64,000 bases of DNA from a bacterium (lineage in GTDB: Bacteria > Hydrothermota > 32-111): the NCBI GenBank assembly GCA_050239825.1, contig JBFXGO010000004.1, positions 1 to 64,000 on the forward strand, given 5' to 3'. Both the position numbers and the translations under genes were made by a program. Numbering within the stretch: position 1 is the stretch's first letter; each line of letters starts with the position of its first letter. Shown in pieces: positions 1 through 10,296 of the stretch. The notes beneath the pieces are model-generated. The model did no database searches, was not told where the DNA came from, and saw nothing but the letters and a program-made list of their open reading frames with translations.

Positions 1-199
1 CCATCTAAAGAAGCATAATTAATTTTATATCATTATCGGGTCTTTTGCAAGTAATTAAGTTCTTTAATTGAAAAAAGGAGAATTATCGATTATCCTATTG
101 ACACTCTTTCAAAGAAGCACCGTCCCCGTATGTTTCAGTTTTAAATTCCTTATCTCTCTCTTTAATCCGGATAAGCTGTTGATCTGCTTTTTCTTCATC

Positions 200-1846
200 T
201 CACACCCCTTTTGTGTTTCCCTCTGAATCTATTCTCATCCGAGTTGAAGCCGGTGTCTCGGGCAATCCCGGCATTGTCATTATATTTCCGAGATATACGA
301 CTATAAAACCTGCTCCGCCTGAAACTTTGATGTCTCTGACCTCTATATTGAAATTCCTGGGTCTGCCTAAAAGTTTTTCATTGTCTGAGAATGAGTACTG
401 CGTTTTAGCTATGCATATTGGAAGATTTTTGTAACCCCAGCCTTCGATTTTTAAAATCTTCTCTTTTATTTTTTTTGAGATTGCGATGCCGAATGCTCCG
501 TAAATTCTGTATGACACTTTTCGTATCTTCTCTTCAATTGAATCTTCAAGGTCATAAACATAATCAACAGGTTCCGGCTGTTTGTTGCAGATTTTTACAA
601 CAGCCTCGGCGACATTCACTATGCCCTTCCCGCCCAAACCATATACATCGGTTATGAATGCCTCTACCTGCTTCTCCCTGCATAGCTTTAGGAGAATATC
701 AAGTTCCTCGTCGGAATCATCCTTGAATCTGTTTATTGCCACTATAACTTCCCTCTTGAACGAGAGCATATTCTCAATGTGCTTTTCGAGATTGGAAAAT
801 CCCTTCTTTACAGCTTCAATGTCTCTGTTGAGCAGATCCTTAGATTTGACCCCTCCATGGTGTTTTACAGCCCTGAGGGTAGCGACAATTACCACAGCAT
901 CCGGAGGAGCCATTCTCTTCTGTCTTGAAACAATGTCAAAGAATTTTTCTCCTCCAAGGTCGCTTCCGAAGCCAGCCTCAATCACTGCAAAGTCGCAAAG
1001 CCTCTGAGCCATATCCGCAGAATTTACAGATGCGGTTCCGTGCGCAATATTGGCGAAGGGTCCTGCGTGGACAAATGCAGGATTTCCATCTCCGGTCTGC
1101 ACAAGATTAGGATTCAATGCATTCTTTAAAAGTATGGCTAAAGCATCCGTAGATTCGAGTATCTTTGCAAGAACAGGTTTAAAATCAACAGATTCTCCCA
1201 CTATTATCTCTCCAAGTCTCTCTTTGAGATTCTCAATATCCGTTGAGAGTCCCAATATTGCCATTATTTCTGAAGCGGCGGTTATTTCAAACTTCGACTC
1301 CCTTATCTGTCCGCTCTCCTCTCCAACTCCTATAACTATTTTTCTTAAAGCCCTGTCATTCATGTCCATCACTCTGTGGAAAAAAATATCTTTCGGCTGA
1401 AAGTGGGAAATATTTGTCCTCGAATAACTGTTGTCAACAAGAGCGGCAAGCAGATTGTGAGCTGATGTCACCGCATGTATATCCCCCGTAAAATGAAGAT
1501 TGATCTCTTCCGAAGGATGAACAGTTGCCATTCCCCCTCCTGTGGCGCCTCCCTTGACTCCGAAGACGGGTCCAAGCGAAGGCTCTCTCAAAACAACTGC
1601 GGCCCTTCTTCCGAGAGAATTCATAGCATCTGTGAGTCCTATTGAGACTGTGGTCTTTCCCTCTCCGTAAGGAGTGGGATTCATTGCTGTGACAAGTATA
1701 AGTTTTCCTTTCTTTTCAAATCTCTTTGCGGCCGACAGTTTCACTTTGGCGATAGTGTCTCCGTATTTTATTATATCTTCTATGCGAAGAGAGGATTCCA
1801 ATGCCACCTGCTCTATCGGCTTCAGCTGTTTTGAGCCATCAGACAT
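200..1846 (-). CDS. fhs: Formate--tetrahydrofolate ligase
   Basis: Motifs TAMNPTPYGEGKTT, KGGATGGG, GPFANIAHG, EAGFGSDLG, IMTMPGLP; 548 aa. Confidence 0.97.
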   Translation of the reverse strand: MSDGSKQLKPIEQVALESSLRIEDIIKYGDTIAKVKLSAAKRFEKKGKLILVTAMNPTPYGEGKTTVSIGLTDAMNSLGRRAAVVLREPSLGPVFGVKGGATGGGMATVHPSEEINLHFTGDIHAVTSAHNLLAALVDNSYSRTNISHFQPKDIFFHRVMDMNDRALRKIVIGVGEESGQIRESKFEITAASEIMAILGLSTDIENLKERLGEIIVGESVDFKPVLAKILESTDALAILLKNALNPNLVQTGDGNPAFVHAGPFANIAHGTASVNSADMAQRLCDFAVIEAGFGSDLGGEKFFDIVSRQKRMAPPDAVVIVATLRAVKHHGGVKSKDLLNRDIEAVKKGFSNLEKHIENMLSFKREVIVAINRFKDDSDEELDILLKLCREKQVEAFITDVYGLGGKGIVNVAEAVVKICNKQPEPVDYVYDLEDSIEEKIRKVSYRIYGAFGIAISKKIKEKILKIEGWGYKNLPICIAKTQYSFSDNEKLLGRPRNFNIEVRDIKVSGGAGFIVVYLGNIMTMPGLPETPASTRMRIDSEGNTKGV

Positions 1847-1872
1847 TATGCCTCCGTGTTATATTTGAAAAT

Positions 1873-1900
1873 ATTATAGAGTATTCAGAATAATTTTCAA
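1873..1900 (-). promoter_or_regulatory. Sigma70-type promoter for fhs
   Basis: TTGAAA-N16-TATAAT on minus strand about 27 nt upstream of the start. Confidence 0.6.
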
Positions 1901-1942
1901 CCCTATCAAAAATCCAAAAAAATGAAAATAATAAAAAAGGTA

Positions 1943-1970
1943 TTGCATTTTAAGATAAAAATAATATAAT
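1943..1970 (+). promoter_or_regulatory. Sigma70-type promoter for polyamine operon
   Basis: TTGCAT-N16-TATAAT. Confidence 0.6.
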
Positions 1971-1992
1971 ATGCACAAAACAAAGGAGTTTT

Positions 1993-2070
1993 ATGTGTTT
2001 TTTCTTATGTCGGTTTGAACTTAATCCTTTAACTTCTGATTATGGAGGTGCGAAAGAATGCAAGCCCTAG
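1993..2070 (+). CDS. Putative 25-aa leader peptide (uORF) overlapping the speD start
   Basis: AAAGGAG at 1982-1988, ATG 1993, MCFFLCRFELNPLTSDYGGAKECKP*, stop at 2068-2070 inside speD in a different frame. Confidence 0.4.
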   Translation: MCFFLCRFELNPLTSDYGGAKECKP

Positions 2071-2468
2071 GTAAACACATTTTAGCTGAGTTCTATAAAT
2101 GCGACTCAGCAATTCTTAACGATGTTGCTCTCATAGAGAAAATTATGGTAGAGGCTGCTAAGAGAGCGAGGGCAACGGTCATTTCGAGTTCTTTTCATCA
2201 CTTCTCACCTTTCGGAGTCAGCGGCGTTGTAGTCATAGCCGAATCCCACCTCACAATACACACATGGCCGGAGTACGGTTACGCATCAATAGATATTTAT
2301 ACATGCGGAAACACTCTTGACCCTTGGATTTCATTCAAGTACCTTGTTAAGAAACTCAAGGCAAAGGATACTTCAATGATGGAACTCAAAAGAGGACTCT
2401 TTGATGTTGAAGGCACTCTGAAGCATAAGGCTGAGAAGAGCGATAACAAAGAAATGGTAGGAGTTTAA
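2058..2468 (+). CDS. speD: S-adenosylmethionine decarboxylase proenzyme (short pyruvoyl type)
   Basis: GVSGVVVIAESHLTIHTWPE with the ES cleavage site, DIYTCG; SD GGAGGTG. Confidence 0.95.
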   Translation: MQALGKHILAEFYKCDSAILNDVALIEKIMVEAAKRARATVISSSFHHFSPFGVSGVVVIAESHLTIHTWPEYGYASIDIYTCGNTLDPWISFKYLVKKLKAKDTSMMELKRGLFDVEGTLKHKAEKSDNKEMVGV

Positions 2469-2469
2469 A

Positions 2470-2937
2470 ATGAATCTTTTCAAGCCGACTAAATTCTTTT
2501 TTGTAGCAGGAGACAGCGAAGGATTTTCAAAACTGAATTCATTCGACTGCGCCCTTCTAAATGCGAAGATAGGCAACATGAATCTGATAAAGATATCATC
2601 AATTATACCGCCGCATTGCAGTCCTGTTAAGTTCATCAAGCTTCCTCTCGGAAGTTTCATACCTGTTGCTTATGCGGCAATCACATCTGACATGACCGGC
2701 GAGTACATAGCCGCAGGAGTAGCGGCCGCCCATCCGGATGATCCTTCTCTCTCCGGAGTCATAATGGAATACTCATCAAACGGAAGAAAAAGAGATATTG
2801 AAGCTATAGTGCGTTCCATGGCAGAAGAGGCAATGAAGGTGCGCGGAATAAAGAATTACACTCTCAACAGCAAAGCCGTCGAACATAAGGTCAGGCACAT
2901 CGGCACGGCATTCGCCGCAGTGGTGCTTTGGGATTAA
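2470..2937 (+). CDS. pdaD: Pyruvoyl-dependent arginine decarboxylase
   Basis: LNSFDCALLNAKIGNMNLIKISSIIPP with the SS cleavage site; polyamine operon context. Confidence 0.9.
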   Translation: MNLFKPTKFFFVAGDSEGFSKLNSFDCALLNAKIGNMNLIKISSIIPPHCSPVKFIKLPLGSFIPVAYAAITSDMTGEYIAAGVAAAHPDDPSLSGVIMEYSSNGRKRDIEAIVRSMAEEAMKVRGIKNYTLNSKAVEHKVRHIGTAFAAVVLWD

Positions 2938-2939
2938 AA

Positions 2940-3803
2940 ATGGAGCAATTCAACAAGACTCAGGAAACACATCTCTGGTTCACCGAATATCATACTCCCA
3001 ATTCGGGGATCATACTGAGGGTCAAGGAGACGCTTCTAAGAGTCAAGTCGCCCTTTCAGGAGCTTGTAATTTTAGACACTTATGAGTATGGCAGGATGAT
3101 GCTTCTGGACGGACTTGTAATGCTTACTGACAGAGACGAATTCATCTATCATGAGATGATTACTCATGTTCCCGTCAACTCAAACCCATCAATAAAAAAG
3201 GCGCTTATAATAGGCGGCGGCGACTGCGGAACATTAAGGGAGCTTTCAAGATACTCTTTCATTGAGAGCATCAAGATGGTTGAAATAGATGAAGAAGTCG
3301 TAAAAGCGTCAAAGAAATTTTTTCCTCAGCTGACCGCGAATCTTCCGAAACATTCAGAGATAATAATAGGCGACGGGATTGATTTTGTCGGGAAGACAAA
3401 CGAAAAATTTGATTTGATAATAATTGACTCTACTGACCCGATTGGGCCCGCGGAAGGATTGTTCACAGACGCGTTCTATTCAAACTGCAAAAATATTCTG
3501 ACTGACAGTGGTATGATGGTCATTCAGGCTGAGAGCCCATATTTTCATGCCGACTCTATAAAAATATTTTCAGACAGACTTAAAAGAATATTCGGCTTTA
3601 TTAAACCGTATCTTGCATTCATCCCGACTTACCCGTCAGGTATGTGGGAATTCATAATATGCACAAAGCATGAATTTGATCCGTCACTTAAAAACGAAGC
3701 GCTTATAAAGGACTTCGAGGGTGTTTTGAAATATTATAATCACGATATCCATGACGGAGCATTCAAACTGCCGACATTTGTGAAAAAGATATATGGGATA
3801 TGA
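2940..3803 (+). CDS. speE: Spermidine synthase / polyamine aminopropyltransferase
   Basis: WFTE, YHEMITH, IIGGGDCG, IIDSTDP, PTYPSG; ATG at 2940 preferred to the ORF-track TTG. Confidence 0.95.
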   Translation: MEQFNKTQETHLWFTEYHTPNSGIILRVKETLLRVKSPFQELVILDTYEYGRMMLLDGLVMLTDRDEFIYHEMITHVPVNSNPSIKKALIIGGGDCGTLRELSRYSFIESIKMVEIDEEVVKASKKFFPQLTANLPKHSEIIIGDGIDFVGKTNEKFDLIIIDSTDPIGPAEGLFTDAFYSNCKNILTDSGMMVIQAESPYFHADSIKIFSDRLKRIFGFIKPYLAFIPTYPSGMWEFIICTKHEFDPSLKNEALIKDFEGVLKYYNHDIHDGAFKLPTFVKKIYGI

Positions 3804-4617
3804 TTTTTTAGAGGCTTCAAATGACATAGATTTCGGTGATATAGTGATAGTAGGATATCCCTTTGATTCCACTTCATCATTCAGAAGCGGTTCAAGAAAC
3901 GGGCCATTCTCTCTCAGATATCATTCATGGAATCTCGAAACATTCTCCCCTTACAGAAAGACTGATATACACACAAAAAGATACAGCGATATAGGGGATC
4001 TGGAACTGCCGTTCGGAGATGTTGAAAAGGCAAATTCCATGATTTACGAGAATACAAAACGGCTCCTTAAAATGAAAAAGCAGATTATCTCTCTCGGAGG
4101 AGAACATTCAATTACATATCCCATAATAAAGGCTTACTCCGAATCATTTGATGATTTCGTGATGGTTGTTTTTGACGCTCATGCCGACTTGAGGGAAGAT
4201 TATCAGGGTGTCAAATTTTCCCACGCATGTGTTGTAAGAAACTGCTCCAACCTGATAACTACGAAGAGAATCTGCCAGATAGGCATCCGTTCATACACTG
4301 AAGAAGAGTGGAAATTCTCCAAGAATATGCTTTACTTTTCGGACACAATAGAAGGATTTGACTTTTCAATTCTTAAAAATAAGAAAATTTATATTTCCAT
4401 TGATATTGACGCTCTTGACCCTTCAATAGTCCCGGGCACCGGAACTCCGGAACCCGGAGGAATATTCTTTAAAAACTTTATAGATTTTCTTGTGGAATTC
4501 AGAAATTTCGATGTTATCGGATGCGACCTTGTTGAGCTTTCACCAGATTATGATCAGTCCGCTGTCTCATCAATAACCGCCGCTAAGATAGTCAGAGAGC
4601 TGATTCTTCTTCTTTGA
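3793..4617 (+). CDS. speB: Agmatinase (ureohydrolase)
   Basis: GGEHS, FDAHADLR, SIDIDALDP, GTGTPEPGG. Confidence 0.93.
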   Translation: MGYDFLEASNDIDFGDIVIVGYPFDSTSSFRSGSRNGPFSLRYHSWNLETFSPYRKTDIHTKRYSDIGDLELPFGDVEKANSMIYENTKRLLKMKKQIISLGGEHSITYPIIKAYSESFDDFVMVVFDAHADLREDYQGVKFSHACVVRNCSNLITTKRICQIGIRSYTEEEWKFSKNMLYFSDTIEGFDFSILKNKKIYISIDIDALDPSIVPGTGTPEPGGIFFKNFIDFLVEFRNFDVIGCDLVELSPDYDQSAVSSITAAKIVRELILLL

Positions 4618-5280
4618 TTTTTCTCTGCTTAAGAAATAAACGCCAAGATAGAGAGTCAACATAGAGTAATTATATAATATATCTTCTACAGGAATAGTCA
4701 GAAACCTTGCCCCCAGTATCGCAGATTCACCATATAGAACAACAGGAATTGATGTGAGTATATAGTTGAATATGAAGAAAAGAATCATTGTTGCGGCAAT
4801 GAAGAGCCAGTAGTAGATTGATGAGATAAGAGCATAGAAGCATCTGACTGACATGAAGAGAGTGAATGCCGTCACAAGAAGCACTGTTGAAGTGTAGGAT
4901 TTGTCTATAAGGATGAACCCCAAAAGGCACAGTATGCACGACAACACATACAAAAACAATTTCGGCACCTTAACCTTTCTCTCAAATACAAAATGTCTTA
5001 TGACCTCGTAGGAGAACATTGTCGCATAGAGAACAACTACAAAAAACAGAATCTCCTCCAGAGGAAGGCTGAAGATCCTTAAACTTCCCACATAAAGTTC
5101 ATTGAAACTCCAGTCGCCCCGGGACGCGGCAACAGAGTCCCACACTATGAAAGGAATTCCGACTGAGATGAAAGTTATAAGAAGAGACAAATACTGCGTA
5201 TAAAATTTTATCTGCTTCTCAAATGACAGAAGAAGAGGAAAAATAATAATAAGAGAGTCTATCAGAAGATATCTGCTCAT
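4570..5280 (-). CDS. Membrane lycopene cyclase (CrtYc/CrtYd-type duplicated domain)
   Basis: Two repeats with LPLEEILFF and IPVEDILY motifs; hydrophobic; next to crtB/crtI. Confidence 0.85.
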   Translation of the reverse strand: MSRYLLIDSLIIIFPLLLSFEKQIKFYTQYLSLLITFISVGIPFIVWDSVAASRGDWSFNELYVGSLRIFSLPLEEILFFVVVLYATMFSYEVIRHFVFERKVKVPKLFLYVLSCILCLLGFILIDKSYTSTVLLVTAFTLFMSVRCFYALISSIYYWLFIAATMILFFIFNYILTSIPVVLYGESAILGARFLTIPVEDILYNYSMLTLYLGVYFLSREKSKKKNQLSDYLSGGY

Positions 5281-5843
5281 TCGGACGCCTTTTTCAGCAA
5301 TGCCTTTGTCTTTTTATCAATTCTATCCGTGGATACAATGAAACTTATCATATCTGTCTGTATCTTTTTAGGAACGAAAGAATAATCTTTTTTCAACAGA
5401 AATTCAGAAACATACTCCGAGTCTTCTCTTCGTCTCTCTTTAACATTGAAAAAATCAGGAAGAAAATGGTAAAAAGAGAATCTGAGGAAACGAATTTCAA
5501 AACACTCCGGGAACAAAGATACGGCTGATTCAATTTTTGATATTCCCTGATTGACATATTTGACTTTGTTATATACATTTGCATCATATTTTTCCTTCAA
5601 CCCTATGAGGCATGCATAGTAAGAAAGAATTATCGGATTGTATTTTTTTGTATCCGAAGAGTATCGGCTTTTTATATAATTCAAAAGAGATTCAACGCTG
5701 TCGGGCGTTTCTACCGCAACATAATAACTCTCCCTGATGTGCGAAAGGGCTGTTGTATCAATATTTGTTTTATAGGGAGAAGATTCGCCTGCGGCTGTAA
5801 ACAGAGACAGAAGAAATGAAATTAAAATGAAAATTCTTTTCAT
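5277..5843 (-). CDS. Secreted hypothetical protein in carotenoid cluster
   Basis: Signal peptide; helical EIRFLR..LP.FF motif; translationally coupled to neighbours. Confidence 0.65.
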   Translation of the reverse strand: MKRIFILISFLLSLFTAAGESSPYKTNIDTTALSHIRESYYVAVETPDSVESLLNYIKSRYSSDTKKYNPIILSYYACLIGLKEKYDANVYNKVKYVNQGISKIESAVSLFPECFEIRFLRFSFYHFLPDFFNVKERRREDSEYVSEFLLKKDYSFVPKKIQTDMISFIVSTDRIDKKTKALLKKASE

Positions 5844-6670
5844 CAGTAAATATCTATGACATTAAGAAATGTGCGGAACAGTATTCTGAATATCGAAGGT
5901 TTTACCTTTTTTCTGTAAATGATAAAGGGGTCCTTGTAAATCTCTTCCGCTGTGTATTTGTACATATCAGAAGCGGTTCTTATAGGGACCAGAAGAAACT
6001 TAGGAATATATGAGAATCCGGACTCTCCCATTCTCTGCCATTCAAAATACCTTTTGATTTCATCTCTCATCATCTCGATGAATTCCTTTTTCTTTGTCTT
6101 TGCCTCTGAAAGCTCAAGGGATTTTAAATTGTATCTGTTCAGTATCTCTTTTGGTATGTAATGTCTTCCTAGAGCGAGGTCTTCCTTGATGTCCCTGAGG
6201 AAATTGATATACTGCATCGCTCTTCCGAGCATTTTTGCAGATTTTTCATGTCCCTCTTTCAAACACAGAAGCCTGCCCATCATCAGACCGATTACTTCAG
6301 CGGATCCGTACATATAAAGAATTGCTTCATCCATACTGTCGTATGAATGTTTATTTATATCAGATTCCATTGACTCAAGAAACGAATCAACCCACTCCTT
6401 CTTTATGTCTATTCTTTTCATCATCAAAACAAATGATTCAATCACAACATCATCAACAGTTTTTCCGGAATACCTCTCCTCGTATTTTCTCTTGAATGAA
6501 TAGAAGCCTTCTTTGTCCTGAGGCACGGCATCCACAAGATTATCCGCTTTTCTGACAAACGAATAGAGAATGAAGACATTATTCCTTATTTTTGAAGGAA
6601 AAAATATTGATGAGTAGAAATAGGTGCGCGACCCCTTTTTGAACAAATCGTAAATCTGGGAATCAACCAT
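5843..6670 (-). CDS. crtB: Phytoene synthase
   Basis: YSFVRKADNLVD, GRAMQYINFLRDIKED; start ATG 6670 with GAGGA SD. Confidence 0.93.
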   Translation of the reverse strand: MVDSQIYDLFKKGSRTYFYSSIFFPSKIRNNVFILYSFVRKADNLVDAVPQDKEGFYSFKRKYEERYSGKTVDDVVIESFVLMMKRIDIKKEWVDSFLESMESDINKHSYDSMDEAILYMYGSAEVIGLMMGRLLCLKEGHEKSAKMLGRAMQYINFLRDIKEDLALGRHYIPKEILNRYNLKSLELSEAKTKKKEFIEMMRDEIKRYFEWQRMGESGFSYIPKFLLVPIRTASDMYKYTAEEIYKDPFIIYRKKVKPSIFRILFRTFLNVIDIY

Positions 6671-7379
6671 ATATCCTCGCGATGTAATCGACAAGAACTT
6701 TGCTTGAAATTGTCACCATAGGTATTCCTATGCCGGGATGCGTGTAATGACCGGTATAGAAGTGGTTGTCAACCTTTTTGCTTTTGTATGGCAAACGGAA
6801 TATGGCGGTCTGCATAAGCGCGTGTGACAGACCGAGCGCTGTGCCTTTGTATGAATTGTATTCTCTCTTGAAATCGTTTATTGAAAAAATCTCTTTTATC
6901 CTGATATGTTTCTCAAAATCAAATTTCATGGTCTTTGACATGTGTTTTATGATTTTTTCTGAGTACTCCTTCCGTATTGAATCATTATCCTCTATTCCAG
7001 ATGCTATCGGCACAAGTACAAATACATTTTCACAACCTTCCGGCGCAGTGCTGTCTGTTTTGGAAGTTGCTGAAACATAGTATGATGGATTCTCAGGCAT
7101 TGAAGGATTTCTGAAAATAGTATCAAAATAATCCTTCCAGTTCTCTGCAAGATAAAGATTATGATGTAATATCGTATCGACTTTCTTGTCGGTGCCTATG
7201 TAAAGCAGAAAAGCAGAGGGTCCCATATCAAATGTAAATCCGTCTTTTTTTAAAAGCTGGGAGCGGCCTCCGGTTTGGCTGTTCTTATCTATAACCTTGA
7301 CAGAGTATCCTCTCTTTGCGGCAAGTGCGGCGGCTGAAAGCCCTCCATAATCTGCTCCGATTATTATTCTTTTTTTCAT
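6663..7379 (-). pseudogene. crtI: Phytoene desaturase with large internal in-frame deletion
   Basis: N-terminal FAD motif through FDMGPS joined directly to the C-terminal AFLLYIG...HPGIGIPM; 238 aa versus about 490 typical; GxGxxG reads GADYGG. Confidence 0.8.
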
Positions 7380-7399
7380 GTCTCATCTCCCTTATGCAG

Positions 7400-7855
7400 T
7401 CATTTTTTTCCGAGTTGTATAAGCTCAACATTTGCCTGTCTGAGTATCTCTTCTGCATTCTTATCCGGATAACCATCTTTGATGTATATTCTCTTAATTC
7501 CTGAATTTATTATCATCTTGGCGCATATGAAGCATGGCTGGTTTGTCACATACATGTCCGCTCCTTCAATATTTATTCCCAGCTTTGCCGCCTGAATTAT
7601 TGCATTTTGCTCCGCATGCACCGCTCTTGACAGCTCCATTCTCTCTCCGGAAGGAACATTAAGCTTCTCCCTCATGCATCCTCCAATCTCATCGCAGTGA
7701 GGAGTCCCTTTGGGAGGCCCATTGTATCCCGTCGAAAGAATATGTCTGTCCTTTACAATTATGGCTCCAACCTTTCGTCTGAGACATGTGGCTCTTGTCG
7801 AAACAAGCAATGCTATCTCCATGAAGTATTCTTCCCAAGAGGGTCTAGTCGCCAT
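7400..7855 (-). CDS. dCMP deaminase family protein
   Basis: [27 protein letters not shown] zinc motifs. Confidence 0.92.
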   Translation of the reverse strand: MATRPSWEEYFMEIALLVSTRATCLRRKVGAIIVKDRHILSTGYNGPPKGTPHCDEIGGCMREKLNVPSGERMELSRAVHAEQNAIIQAAKLGINIEGADMYVTNQPCFICAKMIINSGIKRIYIKDGYPDKNAEEILRQANVELIQLGKK

Positions 7856-8735
7856 TTCTCTCTCCTTGTACTTTTAAAATTAACTCATAAATATCAATCA
7901 AACCGCTGTTTTTACAGGCGTCTTCCAATGCTGAATCGGAGAATATTTCAAGATACTTCTCTGTTTCATAATTTAGCATCAGTCTATGGTTCGTAGAAAA
8001 ACCGCTGTGGAATGAACCTACACGCATCAGTTTTGAGGTATCGGCTGAAATAGTATAATACCTGACAAGATTTATTTTATCTCTCTCATCTGCTTTTTCA
8101 GAGAGTACTGAATCCGGAGAAAAGGCAATTTTTGCCATTAGATTTACAATCTTTTCATCCACAGATGCATTATTCCTTTTTAAAAGCTGTGTGAAAAATC
8201 TTTTGCCGAGCTTGGTTTGATTGAAATTATCCTTATCTGCCATTTCAGTTAAAGCAGTTAGAGCCTGTACTATAACATAATCTGAAGCATCCTTTGATTC
8301 CGTTATCCTCACTATTTCATCAAAGTCGTATTCCCAGCCTCGGTTTGACGCCATTCTTATGAATGAAACATACTGACTGCTCTTAAGAGGTTTTTCATAG
8401 TCAGTGAAAAAGCACAAAGATTCCTTTTCGAAAATTCTGAATCCATAGTATGCATCAATATTTTTTTCTTTAAGAACTTGCTTAAGAATTTGTTTATCAT
8501 GAATTTTTGAAAGAACTCTGATTCCGACTGCCCTCTTGACCCAATCATCAGATTTCAGCCAATCGGTTAAAAGGTTTGTTGTTTCAATTTTGTATTCATT
8601 TACAAGAATAGAATCAGAGTAAATTTGAATTGAATCTTCATATATACCAAGCTTGCCTACAAGTTCGGTGAAACTCTCCGCGGAGATTAAGGCGAAGATT
8701 GCAATAAATATCGCAGATAAATTAATCTTTGTCAA
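7845..8735 (-). CDS. Secreted hypothetical protein, HEAT-like helical
   Basis: Signal peptide; [19 protein letters not shown] resembles a HEAT repeat; overlaps both neighbours. Confidence 0.55.
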   Translation of the reverse strand: MTKINLSAIFIAIFALISAESFTELVGKLGIYEDSIQIYSDSILVNEYKIETTNLLTDWLKSDDWVKRAVGIRVLSKIHDKQILKQVLKEKNIDAYYGFRIFEKESLCFFTDYEKPLKSSQYVSFIRMASNRGWEYDFDEIVRITESKDASDYVIVQALTALTEMADKDNFNQTKLGKRFFTQLLKRNNASVDEKIVNLMAKIAFSPDSVLSEKADERDKINLVRYYTISADTSKLMRVGSFHSGFSTNHRLMLNYETEKYLEIFSDSALEDACKNSGLIDIYELILKVQGERNGD

Positions 8736-10296
8736 TCAGAACCCCCATCTTTGTCTTTACTTCAGATTTTGCCTCAGCTCTGTTGAATGAATCAATACCC
8801 CTCATGTCGAAGAGCATTCCGTAGGAAAAGGTTCCCCTGTCCGGATTTGCCCACCCCTGACAATCTTCCTTATCGGTCCTGTATATATCATCTCCGGCAA
8901 AATCAATCAAAACCCCAGCGCCGTTTGCATTGCCCGCACCCTGAGAGAGCCAATTGCTGTAATAGAGGTCATCACCCGAATAATCTGAGAGCATGCCGAA
9001 TGAGAAATCATGTCCGCATCCCTGTGATACACCCCATGAATGGTAGAGGTCTCTGCCTTCCCTGTCGAAGAGAAGACCCACTGTAAAGTGCGTTCCGGCT
9101 CCCTGCGAATACCTTCTGCTCCTGTAAATGTCATTGCCGCGCGTGTCGTAAAGTATTCCAAGTCCATGCCAGTACGACGAACCCTGCACAAAATATTCTC
9201 CGGAGTAGATATCATCACCGCAGTCGTCAACTATCATTCCAACTCCGCCGGATGCAATGTCCCTCACTCCATAGCCGAAGCCCTGCGAAAGATGACTGTG
9301 GTACCCCTCTTCTCTATGGTCATTCATGCCGAGAACTGAAAGATATGAATCATTTCCTTTGATGTCATAAATTATACCCGCTCCTTTTGTGAAGCCAAAG
9401 CCCTGCGATAATCCATTTGAAATGTACTCGTCATTACCTCCCCTGTCAAGAACAAATCCCAATCCATTGAAACCGGCCCCGATTGAGCAGTAAGATGAAG
9501 AGTATCTGTCATTGCCATCCCTGTCATCTATAAACCCTGCTCCATTTATTCCGCACCCGATGTCATATCCCTTTCCCTGATACTCGTCATTGCCGGACAG
9601 ATCGACAATCCCTGACAATCCGCCGTTTCCGCCTGCAAGAGAGTGCTCTTCAAAAGCCATGTAAACATCATCGCCCCCCAAATCAATTATCAGTTTATTT
9701 CCTTTGTACAGATGATATGTATCGGCATCTGACGACCCGATTATGATATCAAAATAATCTTTGTATTCATCTTTAAGTTTCATGCAAAGAGATAATATGG
9801 AGGAATCATCAAGAGATATTATATAATCAATTGCTTCAAGCATCGAATAGAAGAGTTTTTCTTCGGCGCTCTCTCTTGACGCGGCGTTTAGAAAGAATCT
9901 AACCTGAGAATAGTAGGCGGAATCCGAAATCAAAGTATCCGAGAGGAAATTCATGCTGTTAAATGCTTCTTTTGTCTTTAAAAAGCTGAAATCAGGTTTT
10001 GAAATCTTCTTCTTTGAAGTTTCTCTCTTATCTGCATACTTATAGAATCTGCCGGAATGCAATTCTCTTATTTTTGATAACAAAATTTCGGTTTCAAATT
10101 CCGACTTCTCCGGATTCGCCAACAGAAAACTGCAAAGAGCCATAGAGTATGCATCCTGTTCAAAACTTCTCATATCCACCCCAATGTCATTTGTTTTCAG
10201 ACACATGTACGAAAATCCCTCTATCAATGCTTTTTCATTGGCATAAGAGAAGAGAAATGCCAGAAACAGAAAGATAAAACTAATTTTCCTCATCAA
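8722..10296 (-). CDS. Secreted protein with tandem Gly/Asp-rich D-x-x-G-x-D-x-Y repeats
   Basis: About 10 repeats such as DLSGNDEY, DRDGNDRY, DTRGNDIY followed by SQG.G; signal peptide. Confidence 0.8.
   Translation of the reverse strand: MMRKISFIFLFLAFLFSYANEKALIEGFSYMCLKTNDIGVDMRSFEQDAYSMALCSFLLANPEKSEFETEILLSKIRELHSGRFYKYADKRETSKKKISKPDFSFLKTKEAFNSMNFLSDTLISDSAYYSQVRFFLNAASRESAEEKLFYSMLEAIDYIISLDDSSILSLCMKLKDEYKDYFDIIIGSSDADTYHLYKGNKLIIDLGGDDVYMAFEEHSLAGGNGGLSGIVDLSGNDEYQGKGYDIGCGINGAGFIDDRDGNDRYSSSYCSIGAGFNGLGFVLDRGGNDEYISNGLSQGFGFTKGAGIIYDIKGNDSYLSVLGMNDHREEGYHSHLSQGFGYGVRDIASGGVGMIVDDCGDDIYSGEYFVQGSSYWHGLGILYDTRGNDIYRSRRYSQGAGTHFTVGLLFDREGRDLYHSWGVSQGCGHDFSFGMLSDYSGDDLYYSNWLSQGAGNANGAGVLIDFAGDDIYRTDKEDCQGWANPDRGTFSYGMLFDMRGIDSFNRAEAKSEVKTKMGVLIDKD

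Noticed and set aside
109..198. 29-aa minus ORF MKKKQINSLSGLKREIRNLKLKHTGTVLL right after fhs
   Set aside because: Could be a gene remnant but is too short to assign
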